Positions 26,113 through 42,220 of a DNA stretch of 64,000 bases are shown in pieces (position 1 is the first letter of the stretch; every line of letters begins with the position of its first letter). This DNA is from Parasitella parasitica NRRL 2501 (taxonomy: Eukaryota; Fungi; Mucoromycota). Location of the stretch: positions 335,010 through 399,009 of the forward strand of contig MU619239.1 of NCBI GenBank assembly GCA_025201805.1, in the 5' to 3' direction. The notes beneath the pieces are model-generated. The model made no database searches. It was given only the letters and a program-made list of their open reading frames with translations, and was not told the DNA's origin. Both the position numbers and the translations under genes were made by a program.

Positions 26113-27376
26113 TTATCTAGTATGAGGAACGGATGGAGCCTCATTAGGAACATGTCTTGACACCTTTCTGCTGAGATCATAATCGTTTTCGTCTGGTACA
26201 TTGCGTCCATTGCTTGTTGTTGAAGTCGAAGCAGGAATCATTGGTTCTTGCGGCTGTGCATAATAGACATCATGTGAATATGCAGTAGTGTTGTTATTGT
26301 TGTTGTTGTTGTCGTAAGTACTATTGTAGGGCTGATTGTACACATTGCCATAATACGAATCTTGAGGTGGCGAATGTGCTCCATCGTACCCAGCGTACTG
26401 CGGTTCATCAAACGCTGGGTTGTAGGCCTGGACAAATGGTCTGGGCTTAATAACCTGCGAAGACGGTGTGCTCATGGATAATGGCCTGCTGCCTGGTACA
26501 CTATTGTTGTCCGAGATCACAGTTGGTGTTCCATATGTACTGTAGTCGTTTCCAAAAGGATGTGGGCCCATTTCAACTCCTCCGCTCGTGTCTCCAGCTG
26601 CTGATCCATATGATGTATCTTTGTTTTTGTTGCGACGACGTCTTGTTAGTATAATGACGATAAAACCTAAAAATAAAGCGTTTATCAGTATATATGTCAA
26701 GTATGTAATAGATGAAACATTCAGTTTTACCTATCAGAACAATGGCAGATACACCGCCAACAACACCGCCTGCAATAGCGCCAACATTACTTGGTCCACC
26801 ATCCTCTCCTGTTGGTAGACCAGGTATGGCTGTAGCGACATGAGTTATATAGCTACTGTAAGAAGTCGATGTGTAAGTACGAACAACCGTGCCTGAGGTT
26901 GTTACAGTGACAACAGGGACGGGTGAAGATGTAATAATTTCTTTTGTTGTAGTTATAACAGGCGGCGTAGTGGATTTAATGGGCGGCGCGCTGGTTGGAG
27001 TGGAGATCGGGGGGGTTGTGGTGTTTCCTGGAGGAGTTGTAGTATCTACAGGACGAGTAGAGGATGATGAGGTTGTGCTTTCTATATGTGAGGAGCTTAT
27101 GGTATCGCTCGTCCTACCGTTCGATGTGGTACTGGTAACAGGAGGATCCGTAGTAATGGGATTAGACGTTGTAGATGTAACAGGTTCCTACAAGACACAA
27201 ATATGTCAGTACTTTATCCAATGCCTATTTTATCTTGTATATATTATTATTACCGCTGTGGTTGAAGTTATAGAAACGACGTCTGTAGTAGAAGAGGGAG
27301 GTACTTGGCTTGTGCTAGGATTTGCATCCGGTGTAGATTCGGGTCTCCCAACAGTGACGGATACGCTATAGTCCAT
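26113..27376 (-). CDS. Ser/Thr/Pro-rich single-pass membrane protein (Mid2/Wsc-like architecture), 3 exons
   Basis: Starts MDYSVSVTVGDPESTPDANPSTSQ; S/T-rich ectodomain; TM 'VGAIAGGVVGGVSAIVLI|GFIVIILT' followed by 'RRRRNKNK'; Tyr-rich cytoplasmic tail. Confidence 0.82.
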
Positions 27377-27686
27377 GATTTGATGTAATGTGAAATAAAG
27401 ATAAAAGAGAAAGAATAACGACAGATGGGTACGAAAAAAGGGCTTTTTATTGCAAGATCAGCATTGATTTCATCGGGCTGACTCTTTTAAATGTAACGCC
27501 TTTTCCTGATCACTCGCTGTGTAACACAAATACATTTCAAAGAGCCTTCTTTGTTTATGAGACACGAAGAACGAGTCAGTAAAAACTGATCCCTTAAAAT
27601 GAAAATTCCAATGCGAAGACTCCTTTCGCAAGAAATATACATATATATATATATAGTGAACAGGCTTTTTTGCCCTCCTGAATTCT

Positions 27687-28884
27687 CTATTTTATTTCAA
27701 CATCTTGAATTTCATCCACCTTGACATTGGTAGTCTCCATCTCGGCCTTTTTAGTATCCGTGGACCCACCGCTCTGTTTGTTTGATCCAAGAATGCTTTC
27801 TACGTTATATTTTTTCAATTCGTTAAAATCATCTACGACTGATAACATGCACACGGTCTGCAAAGTACAGCTATTCATTATTACTTGCTCTAATCTCCGT
27901 CGCATATTGACATTACCTGACAGACTTCAGCAATGATAGTTAAATCGGGATCCTGTAAATCAACATTATGTCCAGGCCCAACAGTAGCAGCTAAAGCGTT
28001 GATAATACTCATGCGATCAATTTTTGTGCAATTACGCACTCTACATACAACAGCAAACTAACATAAAAGATGAATAATTTGCTCAAGTTGAATGGTAATC
28101 GGCATACTTTTCTAGGAATCAAATTTCCCTCGCTGTCTTTTTGACAAAAATGAGGTTCGAATAATGCCTTGGCAGCGACTTCAATGTCTCCAATATGAGC
28201 ATTACAGGTTTTCTCAACTGGGAGGAATCTAGAAATGTATCTAGTCATGAATTTTGGAGTTTCTTTCAGCTCTGTCAGCATGCGATGAACCAGTTTAGAC
28301 GGATTTACTGGAGGATTGATTCTAATAAAAGCAACTAGACAAGTTGCAGTAAGTAAGCCGTTGCTAAGCAACTATTATCGTGAGCAAGGTTTACCACAAT
28401 CAGTTGCTGTTGTAATGTTGCTATATCGCTTTTTGGCTGCAGGTTTTTTCAATGAAGCAACTTCTTTAGCAATTGAAGCTTCCAGGTCAAGCTCCTCATC
28501 ATCAGAGCCGTCTGATGAGTCACTTGTTTCCTGGGGATATAACTCATCACCATACTATCAATTCTTGATCCGTTAAAAAAGCCCTAAACACTCGAAAGCT
28601 CTTACAAAAATACATGACTTACTCTAGCTAAAACGTCTAAGGCTTCTTTTACTGCACGGTTTTCTTTACCGCGAGAGCACATTATAAGCACACCTGCCAT
28701 ACCAGGAGTTACATTGAACTTATTGTAGTGGCTTTTTGTGGATTTTTCCTATGTTTAGATTCTAAATACACAACATCTGAAAGAAAGAAACCCTCCCCCA
28801 CCTTAGATCACAAACCTTCATACAATGATAAACCTTTTGCTTCTTCTTCTTGTTTCCTCCGTTACTACTTGCTCGTTTAGACAT
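27687..28884 (-). CDS. TAN1: THUMP-domain tRNA acetylation adaptor (Tan1/THUMPD1), multi-exon
   Basis: 'PGMAGVLIMCSRGKENRAVKEA', 'DLEASIAKEVASLK', 'TRYISRFLPVEKTC', 'HNVDLQDPDLTIIAEV', 'ELKKYN'. Confidence 0.9.
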
Positions 28885-29165
28885 TATCGTATAGTGTCAA
28901 GAGACCTTTGACAATACGACAGAAAGAAAAAAAATTAGATCTCTAGACAATCAATCAGAAAGGTCACAGGTACAGACTGCTCTTTATGTAAATAATACTC
29001 GCATATTTTTAATGAGTTTCAGTACTTGCTTAGGTTCATAGCTACCAAGCCATATAAAGATATAAATATTTTTTAGTGGCGAAGGCTATTGCCATGTTTT
29101 TATGGTAGTTTATAGGTATCGCTTACATTTCTCAAGTAGCATTCTACAGTTAAAAATGTATTCAT

Positions 29166-29715
29166 TCTCCGACATTACAACGGCCCCCCAATGGCTTCAT
29201 TTTGGATCGATTCGACACAAAACAATGTTTTCTCGATGATTACTCAAAATTTCTTATAGTTAGCATCCATATCTCATTAATGATCATAGATACTATATTT
29301 GATTTTGTATTTAGTGGTACTATTAGTTTATTATTTTGGTATCAAAAATTGCATGTTATTTAGCGAAATTCGAAATCCCTTTTTTCGTCAATTCATCTAA
29401 ATTCGACTTACTTCGCTTTTAAAATAAACATTGAATGTGTTCACTGTGTCCAGGGGCTCATTTTGAATTAATGCTTGCCATAACAAAATATGTTACTTTT
29501 GGCCCTAAAAACTCAAAACACTGATTTTGATGGGTTGCCCATGAGGGGTACCTCATGGTTTTTGATCGAATTTTTCAAAATACCAAAAACTAGAGGAAAA
29601 GTGATAGCCAACAAGTGTGAAATGAGAGCAATTATTTGGCGTAATTTTCACCGCCGGATATGGCCTAGAAAGTGAACTAGCAGCATCTAGAAGTTCTCAA
29701 ATTATAACTGTTTTC
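29166..29715 (+). repeat. 550-bp direct repeat, copy 1 (upstream of DBP2)
   Basis: Matches 33331-33880 at constant offset 4165 with no mismatch seen by eye; the same 61-aa ORF appears in both copies. Confidence 0.95.
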
Positions 29716-30518
29716 CATTGATTGCAGCAGAAATGACACACGAAAGGCTGCCGAAAAACTATTAAAAAACAATATAGGAAGAAAATCACTTACGAAAATC
29801 TGATACAAGTATTTTACTTGGATAGGATTAGACGAGATACATATAATCAAATATAATGTTATTAAACCCCACACTTCTAGTTGATGGTGCCTGGAATCTT
29901 GATCTTTTGAAGCTCTAAATGCAACCGGTATCTCCTATTCTTTCGACTGTAAAAGTGTCCTATCTTAATATTGGCAATTCCAAATGAATGCTTGGATTTA
30001 TTATGTATCATTGATTTATTAAATTAAATATGCAGTAGAGTGCATACATCATTTCTCATGGTGCCCTTCAAGATATATTGAAAGATATTTATTCAGATGC
30101 GCTGGTTGCTGACACGCATGCTTTGATATATTAAGAATATATGCTACTTGTACAACCTGAAAAAACATGCTCTTTCATATAAAAATGAATCAGCATATGC
30201 GGGCTAAAAGGAAATTGGATCAAGGTTTTTCAATTCATCAAACTTGCACTCTGCGAATGTTAATCTCTACTTTTAATATATCATTCATTGCCTTTCTTTT
30301 CTTGAAAACCATAATGTTCTTGTTCTCTGATCGAATTTTGGCATGGGGCTACTTGGTGCCATTAACGGTTTACAATATCTCATACTATTGGATAAGATGC
30401 AAACAGTGGCTGAGACAAGGGATTAGAGGATATATAAAAAGTCTCCTTGAATATTTTTTTTTAATAATTTTCTTTATCCATTTTATTTATTTATTTTTTG
30501 GAAATACCTTTGAATAAA

Positions 30519-33052
<2,534 letters not shown>

Positions 33053-33330
33053 TTCTGCTTTTTTCCTCTTATCCATTTCATCATTGTTTTCGACTACTTT
33101 CTAGACTTTTATCCCTATTTAATTTTCTTCCACATGTTAAATATAAATAATCTGCTATCGCTTTTTCTTTGCTTTTTTTTTATTTAAATAAAACACTCTA
33201 CTCATGAACTTGCATCTGCAATAGGTTCTCTTTTAAAAATTGTTGTTCGTGGAATGCAACGGCTTTTACACTACAATGAATCCTTTTTTGTTTTGGTAAA
33301 GCATTACAGTGGGTTGAAAAATGCATTCAC

Positions 33331-33880
33331 TCTCCGACATTACAACGGCCCCCCAATGGCTTCATTTTGGATCGATTCGACACAAAACAATGTTTTCTCG
33401 ATGATTACTCAAAATTTCTTATAGTTAGCATCCATATCTCATTAATGATCATAGATACTATATTTGATTTTGTATTTAGTGGTACTATTAGTTTATTATT
33501 TTGGTATCAAAAATTGCATGTTATTTAGCGAAATTCGAAATCCCTTTTTTCGTCAATTCATCTAAATTCGACTTACTTCGCTTTTAAAATAAACATTGAA
33601 TGTGTTCACTGTGTCCAGGGGCTCATTTTGAATTAATGCTTGCCATAACAAAATATGTTACTTTTGGCCCTAAAAACTCAAAACACTGATTTTGATGGGT
33701 TGCCCATGAGGGGTACCTCATGGTTTTTGATCGAATTTTTCAAAATACCAAAAACTAGAGGAAAAGTGATAGCCAACAAGTGTGAAATGAGAGCAATTAT
33801 TTGGCGTAATTTTCACCGCCGGATATGGCCTAGAAAGTGAACTAGCAGCATCTAGAAGTTCTCAAATTATAACTGTTTTC
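33331..33880 (+). repeat. 550-bp direct repeat, copy 2 (downstream of DBP2)
   Basis: Identical by eye to 29166-29715, same orientation. Confidence 0.95.
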
Positions 33881-34514
33881 TACTGATCGCAATGATGAAT
33901 ACAAACCACTAACAGACTAGAAAACTAAAATAGTGTCAAATATGATTCAAATGACTCAGATGTAATGGTAATGAATTCAAAGCGATTGGCTTCAGAACCT
34001 GCAATTTTAATTTTTTGACGGTTTAAGCGCACTTATAGTAACCTTAAAAACTTCTTGGCGTGAGTTTCATGTAGTTGTATTGCTTTGATATCGGGTACCT
34101 CAATTGTTTTTTTGTGTACATAGATATTGCTTCTCATATTTAATAATTTGTCAAATTTCATAGGTTTCTTCGGGATATAATAGCAACAATAGTAAATAAT
34201 CCAGGAACCTGTACTTGATATGCCACGGAAAATGCTGCTTGACTGTTTAGGTGAAATTGAACTAATTCGGTATATTCATTAAATAGTAGTATTCCAGACT
34301 GTCTCAATGTCAGTCATATTGCTGTATATCTGGCACTTTTATGTGCCCTTTCTGTATCGTTTCGTTCTTTGGCGGAAGCAAGACAAAGGTCTACGACGCT
34401 GAGTATAAAAGCCCACATATTGATAGATTTGTGTTGCAGGGGGGGATCCGGGCTGTATGACCAATAATGCTCAATTAAATAGTTTTCTACAGTTCTTTTG
34501 TTCGCTTCTACAAC

Positions 34515-35263
34515 ATGTCAAATCCTACCGAGAATACTGAAGCGCCACCTGTATCTCTGAAAGAGATGAAGAGATTTGAAAAATGGACAAAGTCGTTGCA
34601 GTACATTACAGGACTTGGAATAACAGAAAATGAAAGGCGAGAATTCAAAAAACGTCTTGATGTTGAACTTGAAGAATACCAGTGTAATCAATGTGAAGTT
34701 TGGAGAGATAATCTGCTTAAAAATAGCCCTCCAGTGCGGTTTATGGTCGATCAGCTCAAGAAACTAGATAAAAATATGACAAAGGAGGACTTTCTATGTA
34801 TGCCTTGCGACGAAGCCAGATCTGGTGGATTTTCACCAGTTGTGGGTATTTTGTTGTGTCAAAATAAAATTGCAACAAAGACTATGCAAGAGCATACGAT
34901 GGTTCATGAGATGGTCCACATGTATGACCACCATAAATTCAATGTAGACTGGAACAATTTGAAACACCAAGCTTGTAGCGAAGTAAGTGGCAATAGGTTC
35001 CATACTTAACAGGAAAAGGCAGACTAAAACTGAATTTATAGATTCGAGCAGCCAGTTTAAGTGGAGATTGCCGTTGGACAAGAGAGGTTCAAAGAGGTTT
35101 CTTTACGTTCACCAAACAGCACCAAGCATGTGTTAAAAGAAGAGCCGTCATCTCAGTAACCGAAAATCCCAACTGCAAAGACAAAGAAGAAGCTAAACGC
35201 GCAGTATCCAGTGTATTCGATAGCTGTTTTGCTGACACTCGACCTTTTGATGAAATTTATTAA
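34515..35263 (+). CDS. ATP23: Mitochondrial inner membrane metalloprotease Atp23, 2 exons
   Basis: 'SPPVRFM', 'SGGFSP..GILLCQN', HExxH 'HEMVHMYDH', 'HQACSE|[10 protein letters not shown]', terminal '[12 protein letters not shown]'. Confidence 0.95.
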
Positions 35264-35414
35264 AAAACCTCGTTACACCACTGTCCTAATGACGCGACCT
35301 TGCTTTTCTCCTTTTTATTTTGCTATACAACACTTATTTAAATAGACTCTCTCTTTCCTAACGTATTCCCTTTTTCTCTTTCTCTTTCTCTATCTTTTAA
35401 TAAAAATCAGGAAA

Positions 35415-36138
35415 ATGACCACTGCTAGTCCTTATAGCGCACAAGGCGTCCAAACAAAGCTCAAGGAGGTGCTTGCTACCCTTGATGCTCAGTTATCTGA
35501 ATTCAAATATGCCAATGAATTTGAACAGAAGACTGGTGTCCCTAAGAGCTATGTCGCTCTTGGTGCTGCTGGCATCGCTTTCTTGATGGTTTTCTTCAAT
35601 TTGGCTGGACAGCTCTTGACAAATGCCATTTCTTGGGTCTATCCTGGTAAGTAACATGGTGTGTACTGTTGTGTTTTATCTAAAGCTAAGCGTCATACAT
35701 TACTTGTAGCCTACGCTTCCTTCAAGGCTATTGAATCTCCTGACAAGGCTGACGACAAGCAATGGTTAACTTACTGGACCGTTATTGGCTTTATTCAAAT
35801 GATTGAATACTTTTCTGATATTCTCCTTTTCTGGTTCCCCTTCTACTATCTTTTCAAGACTCTGATTGTTCTCTATTTGGCTTTGCCTCAATTCAGAGTA
35901 AGTGTATTTTCTGTATTTGATGGATGAATTAGATATATAAATGGGGGGGTTAGATGCATTTGATAGAATATTATTGTGTGTGCTAATTCTATATCAATCA
36001 TGTTAGGGTGCTGAGACTCTCTATGTTCGCTTCCTCCGTCCTTATCTTCTTAACGCTCAAGATGGTATTGACGCCAAGGCTGAAAAGCTCAAGGCAAAGA
36101 TTAGCGAGTTTTCTGGTGATGCCAATAAGACTGACTAA
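35415..36138 (+). CDS. YOP1: ER-shaping protein Yop1/REEP5 (TB2/DP1 family), 3 exons
   Basis: 'FEQKTGVPKSY', 'WVYP|AYASFKAIES', 'DDKQWLTYW', 'WFPFYYLFK', 'LPQFR|GAETLY'. Confidence 0.95.
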
Positions 36139-37223
36139 CTTTGCTATTTAATTATTTATCTCAAAAACTGCTCTCTATTAAAATAAACAAAAAACAATAT
36201 ATATTTATATCGATTCCATGTATTTTTCAGTTTTTTAGGTTAAGGTCAAAGTTTTCATCTTTATGGGGTTCAACATGCTTATTGCCAAATTTGTCCCTTT
36301 CACATCTGAGATCATGCACGAACACGTAACGTTTGTTTTCGAGTTTCTAGTACGTGGTTAATCGTTCTTTTTTTATGTTCATGTTGCCCTTAAGGTTTGA
36401 TACTTCAAAATGTACCATTGATGTCTGTGTGAAAGCAAGCCATGAACGTTGCGAGTTCTCTCCATCCGGCCAAATTATACAACAGATATCATTATAGCAA
36501 GAGTTAAATTTTCATTGAAATACAACCAGTTAGCACAGAAATTCTGGAACCGCACAGTTTGTTTATTGAAATAAAAGAATCGTACAGGCACTTTTTCGAT
36601 AGAAAAAACTTGGCTTGTAAGGCCGAATATTAACATCCTTACACTATTGTATATAGCTCTCACAATGTAGGTCGAAATTGCCCTCTAGTTTATCAAGCAA
36701 GAGTTTAATTCAGGCACCAGCTTCATCTGCTTGCACCGAAGATTTTGGTGGTTCCATCTCAAAATCTATATTAAAACAACTTAATAATGTTCAGAATACA
36801 CTTAACATCCATCGTGTATGTTATACCTCTGCATTTTTTTCCGTCATTCTACATAAAAATTTCTTCGAAATGAAATTGATATAGATACGGGAACAGTAAA
36901 CTCAATTACCACATTTATACTTTTTTTATGAAAGACACACGGACTATGCGATGAAAAATACACTGTTCTTTTTATATGCACATGTAATAAAGCTACATTA
37001 CATCTACACCTATTGCCTAACTATAAATTTGTATATTGTTTTATATTTTCATAACCTTATTGAACAGTTTTTTTCTTCTCTAAAATCGACAATCAAAAGA
37101 AACTTGCTAGTTGAATTTGATCTAAATGGCGCCTGTTAAAAATCGCAGCTTCTTTTCCATCATTTAACCATCGATTTTTTGGAGCGTTGGATTGTGAATC
37201 TCTTTATTCCACTATGCAATAAC

Positions 37224-40200
37224 ATGACACAAAAAAACGAAGAGTCTTCTACTTTGAACCTAAAGTAAGTTACGCTTTTACAAGTAATTTTTTATTAGTA
37301 ATAGTCTGATGTACCATTGTAGACCTTTCACAAAATCACCATGCAGCTGCTGGTGGAGTGGTCAAGTATTACCTCCAACAGACGAAAACGCAAGTGTTCC
37401 TTACCGAGATTTTGTGCTCATTAGCGAGTTTTCGGAGCTGGAAGGACCATTGCCTTTGGCTATTGTTACTGGAGCAACCTACATTGATCTAAAGCATTAT
37501 ATTAACGCTGTTGTGGATGAATCATTACAACGAGAGCTGCAGAAGCTTGGGCTAGAGTCATTTGACTTCAATTCTTTTGTTCTTCGTGTAGTTTCAGTCG
37601 ACAGAAGTACAGAATACGAGTAAAAAAAACCCTGACGCCCATATGCAGATTATGATCAATTTGCTAATGTAACTTGCATTCTAGACAAATCGATGAAGAT
37701 TTGAAGGAGCCCTCACCAATGACACCCTCTGTGTTATTCGAAGAATCTCAAGCGCCCTGCCCCTTTTCAATTCCAGATGACACTCAAGTCTATTTCACAG
37801 ATTCTGAACATAATTTTTTTGCTTTTGTAAGTACACGCCATTACTATTAATCGCTGTAACTTAATTGACCTGATATTAGACACACCATTTAACGCTATTT
37901 GATATAAATGCAAGAGGATATGTTCACCCGGTGGCTTTATCATATATCACAAGAGACCCAAACAAGATTGTTATACGATTTGAGGAGTTGATGGAAAAGT
38001 TCAATGAAGTAATGTATTGGTTTTATGTCAATGACCGCTAGTAATTAACCTTCAATTGCAACGACCAAAAAAAAAAAAAGGTTTCTATACGAATGAAAAA
38101 AGGAAATTACTCCAACTTTACACTCGATCTGAAATGCAGATTATTAGATTTGGAATACACTCAATCTACACAAGCATTTTCTGCAAATACTTCCTCAAAT
38201 ACCAATAGTAGCTATTCATCTCAGCAGCAGAGACCTGCTTTGTCTATACAGGCCATTCAACAAGCAATTACGGCTACAAAGCTGATGATCGACACACTGG
38301 AGTCAAGTACAAGCCAGATTAATAATATAACTTTAAATAATAATGCTATGGTTCAAGATACTTTGACCTCTGAAACAAAACAAGAAAAAAAATCACATGC
38401 ATTTAAAGGCATGGTAAAAGAGCAGCATTCTATCGATCCACACAAAGACTACAAACCCAAATGCATAGACACATTGTATCCTGTAGCTCATTTCGAGAGA
38501 AAATTGCGCTCGTTAGCGCAGTTATGTCAAGAACCTGATGAGCCAGAAGGTAGCGAAGAGGCAAATAACAGCAGCAGCAGCGGCAAAAACAACAGTAAGG
38601 GCCATATGAAACGACCAAGCACCACACATAACACCGCTGCGATGATACCGTTAGTGTTCTCGATGATTGAGCCTACTCTAACGCCTTCATCTTCTTCGGC
38701 AACAGCCAATACTATGAATTCAGTGCCTAATCAACGACCTACGTTTGCAAACGCCATCACGCATGACATGTATGCAGAAGCAATCAAGTATATTCAGGAA
38801 ATGACGCATTGTTTGGGTAAGAGCAGTGTCGTGCTTGATGTGAATGAAGAAGAGGAGTTGTATCTAGAACCAAAGTCGTCCGCATTGACTTTTGGACACA
38901 CATTTATGCTGAATATGGACAATCCCCAGCCTAGAGAGTAAGTTCCGACTTGTACAACACAGGCATTTCAGGGAGTGAATCATTGATGGTAGGAAAGAAG
39001 ACCAGATTGCACCTCCAAGCTCAACTGAAAAAGTAAATATTTACGCAAGGCTGCATATATATTTCTTGAACGGTTAATTGAAGCTTCATGATGCAGGATG
39101 GCGAGAAAGAGAGACTAGACGAGGCAAAAGTCTCCAATACCAAGTGTGCATCAGAAAAATTAAAAGTTGAGCCGACATCTGTAGATGATGAAAAGCAAGT
39201 TCCAACGCAAAATGATGAAGAGCCTTTCTACCCAATTCTGTTTGCTCCAACACAACTATGGAAATCCGAGGATCGCCATTCAACTAAAACGCATCTACTA
39301 CAAGTACTTGGACGCTACAATTCACTCATTGTCGATGTTATATTTTCCTTATTGATTGGCAGAACAGTGATCATCCAGGGAAGCAAAAAGAATAAAAGGT
39401 ATTCTTTGCAAACGTATGCAAGATGAAATTACCTCATATATTCACTTGAAAATCGACAGTCTAGTGCAGCATGTGGTGCAGGCGCTTTCTGTCTTTGTTC
39501 CTGGTCAAAGTCAAGAACGAAACAAAATCATTGAATGGTTCGAAATAACTAAATTAACTGATGCACAGATCAAAGGAATTAAATTAGTTGGGGTTGACAA
39601 AAACTGCATGGATCCAAGTATACATATTGATAGCAGTTGTGTTCTAGACATTGACATAGAAAATGGGTCGCTGCATTCAAGTCCTGTTTATGTAGAAGGG
39701 CAGTGGATCAACCAATTATTAGATCGAATGACGCTTTTTTCAGTAAGTGATATCTAATGATCAATGATTGTAATATAACAAGTCATATTATAGTCTGATG
39801 AGTCCTACCTCGCCTACTTGCATACTGTATTCATGAATATGTCTCTAAAAGCGTTTGCATATCATCATCTCTACGTATGTGACGAATTCAAATTAGATGA
39901 AAGCCCTTCTCCTTCAACTCCAAGCAATAACACCAAAGGCTATGCTTCAGAAACTAATTCAGAAAGTAGCAACCTTAGTCGAAAATGGAGTTCAAGACTG
40001 ATGAATTATTTAAAGAAACACGAAGATCAGGAAAGTAGCAGTACAGTTGCACCTTCTGTCACATCTTCTATGGCACCATCTGTTGAAGGGAGTGAAGATG
40101 AGGATAAAGAGGATTATTCGGAAGAAAATCAAGCTACCGTTACATTGCAGAGTCTGGGCAACGACAGCAACTCCAAAAATAAACCCAGAACTGTAATGGA

Positions 40201-40811
40201 CTTGTTTCAGCAAAATGAGCCAACTACACCAGCCACAGCTACTGCAATCAGTCAGCATATAGACTATATTACACTAAACGATGTTCGTAGTAAAAGTATA
40301 GCCACAACTCACAACAACAATAATAACGGTAGAGAATTAAGCAATTCTGGAACTAGTAGTATTAGAAGTAGTAGTAGTAATAGTAGTAGTAGTAGTGGTA
40401 GTAGTAGGAGCAATAATGGTGGTGCTTCAAGTCAGTGTATGGGGGAAAAGGCAACATATCTTAATTTTGATGTTGACGATTTAGATCAATTCGGTGATAC
40501 CCCGGATAGCGATGATAGTTCAAGTGGTGGTGGAAGTGAAGATGATTTGAAATCATCAGAAAAAGCTAAAAAACCAGTTCGCAGTAATGCCAGAAGAGGA
40601 AAACATAGGCTCAGAAAGCCATCCGATATTGGCCCTGATGGCGTTTCTTTTACAGAAAGACGGGGTAGAAGATACTTACAAGAGAAACTAAAGGTTTATG
40701 GGGATGACCAAACAATAGTAGTCGTAAGTCGTTNNNNNNNNNNNNNNNNNNNNNNNNNNNNNNNNNNNNNNNNCTCTAATAACGTAGTATCTGGCTACCT
40801 GTGTTCTGTGA
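37224..40811 (+). CDS. SMCR8: SMCR8-like longin/DENN protein (FLCN/SMCR8 family), multi-exon
   Basis: 'RDFVLISEFSELEGPLPL', 'FAF|THHLTLFDINARGYVHPVALSYI..DPNKI...FEELMEKFNE|VSIRMKKGN...F..DLKCRLLDLEYT' and 'VIFSLLIGRTVII'. These match what I recall of animal SMCR8 (RDFILISEFSEQVGPQP; HHLTLYDLEARGFVRPF). The last intron spans an N gap. Confidence 0.8.
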
Positions 40812-41740
40812 AGAAACAGAAAGTCTGTTAACGTATTAATAAATATTTGTGTTGGGTTACTTTTTGATATCAATTATCATTGGTTTAATTGGTTTCCCAA
40901 ATATGACAATAAAATTGAATAAAGGTTTCATTGTTATGCTGAAATGTAGACATATTACTATTATTAAAGCACAAAGCTATATGTACCGCATTTTATACTT
41001 TTCAAATGTAACCTGAAGAGAAAGTATCAAATTGGAAAAACCACAAAGTGGGATGATGCTTAAACCTTTTTCTTTTACTCTATTCAATTTTTCTATGCTG
41101 CTGAGCATAACTTTACTATTGCTCAAACCTGAATCATTCAGTGTAGTCATAACAATGGTGTGCTGTTGTGCCAGGTCTTGAAAATGAGCACAGCAGGTGA
41201 TTGTATATGATAAAGAATATAAGAAAGTAATAAAGACTTAATTTACCAGATAAATAACTATTGGCTTTATTGATCCAAAAGAAGCTTTCTATTTATATTA
41301 GCATAAATCTATATGAATCAATCTATAAAATGCAACCAGATCATGTTTGACATTTAATTGTCAAACATCATAGCATAGTAGTAGTCAGAGCAAGAGCTAT
41401 TTCTATACTAAATCAGCTAAAGATTATGAATGTGAATCATTCATCGATATTTGAACTTCACAATTTAGATTAACTTCTATTTATTAGATACAATGATCGA
41501 TGACATTTAAGCCTAGATCCGATCTGGAACGGTTGCCATGACAACTGAGTTGAAATAGTTGGTAACCGTGGTATTCTATGGATACGATAGATGTGACATA
41601 TGTAGCCGTTATATGGATACAGCAGTACTTACCAACGATATCAGGCAGCGGATGGTTTATGATGGCGCCATAATACATAACTCCGGAAACGGGAAAGCGA
41701 TCATGGTCAGTATCATAGTAGCCTACGGACGGACCAACTA

Positions 41741-42220
41741 CAGTAGCCGCTCGATTTAAGGCTGTTCGATATAAGGCTATTCATGATATAAGGCTACAAT
41801 TTTTTTGAATTTTTTTTTTAAGCAGGGAGTTAGCCTTATTAGCCTTATTCGATATAAGGCTGAAAATTTTCGAAATTTTAGCCTTATTTTACAGTAAATT
41901 GACGGTATTTAAATTTGTGTTGTGTTGAAAACTGAGCATTATGCTACAGATTTCGTACTTTTGCTCGATAGTGAGACGCTCTCTTGATTGTTGATTAATG
42001 CTCATAATATAATTGTTTGTCAAAATATGCTTTTTTAAGAATAAAGAAGTAAATGGATTTGACTGGACATGTGTCAAATTAATCTAATAGCTGTAGTACC
42101 GTATCAACTATGCGTGTGACTGTTTTAAGAGTAATAGTCACATGCACGATATAAGGCTATGTTCGATATAAGGCTAAAAAAAGCTTGCAAAAAAAGTAGC
42201 CTTAAATCGAGCGACTACTG
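41741..42220 (-). mobile_element. 480-bp non-autonomous Tc1/mariner-superfamily (pogo/Tigger-like) MITE with TA target-site duplication
   Basis: TIRs CAGTAG(C/T)CGCTCGATTTAAGGCT (23 bp, 1 mismatch) flanked by TA at 41739-40 and 42221-22. Repeated subterminal 'GATATAAGGCT'. Internal relic 'MSINQQSRERLTIEQKYEIC' resembles the CENP-B/pogo N-terminal HTH. Confidence 0.92.

Noticed and set aside
29490-29675. 61-aa ORF in both repeat copies (also 33655-33840)
   Set aside because: No recognisable motif or gene context; its duplication just follows from the DNA repeat.
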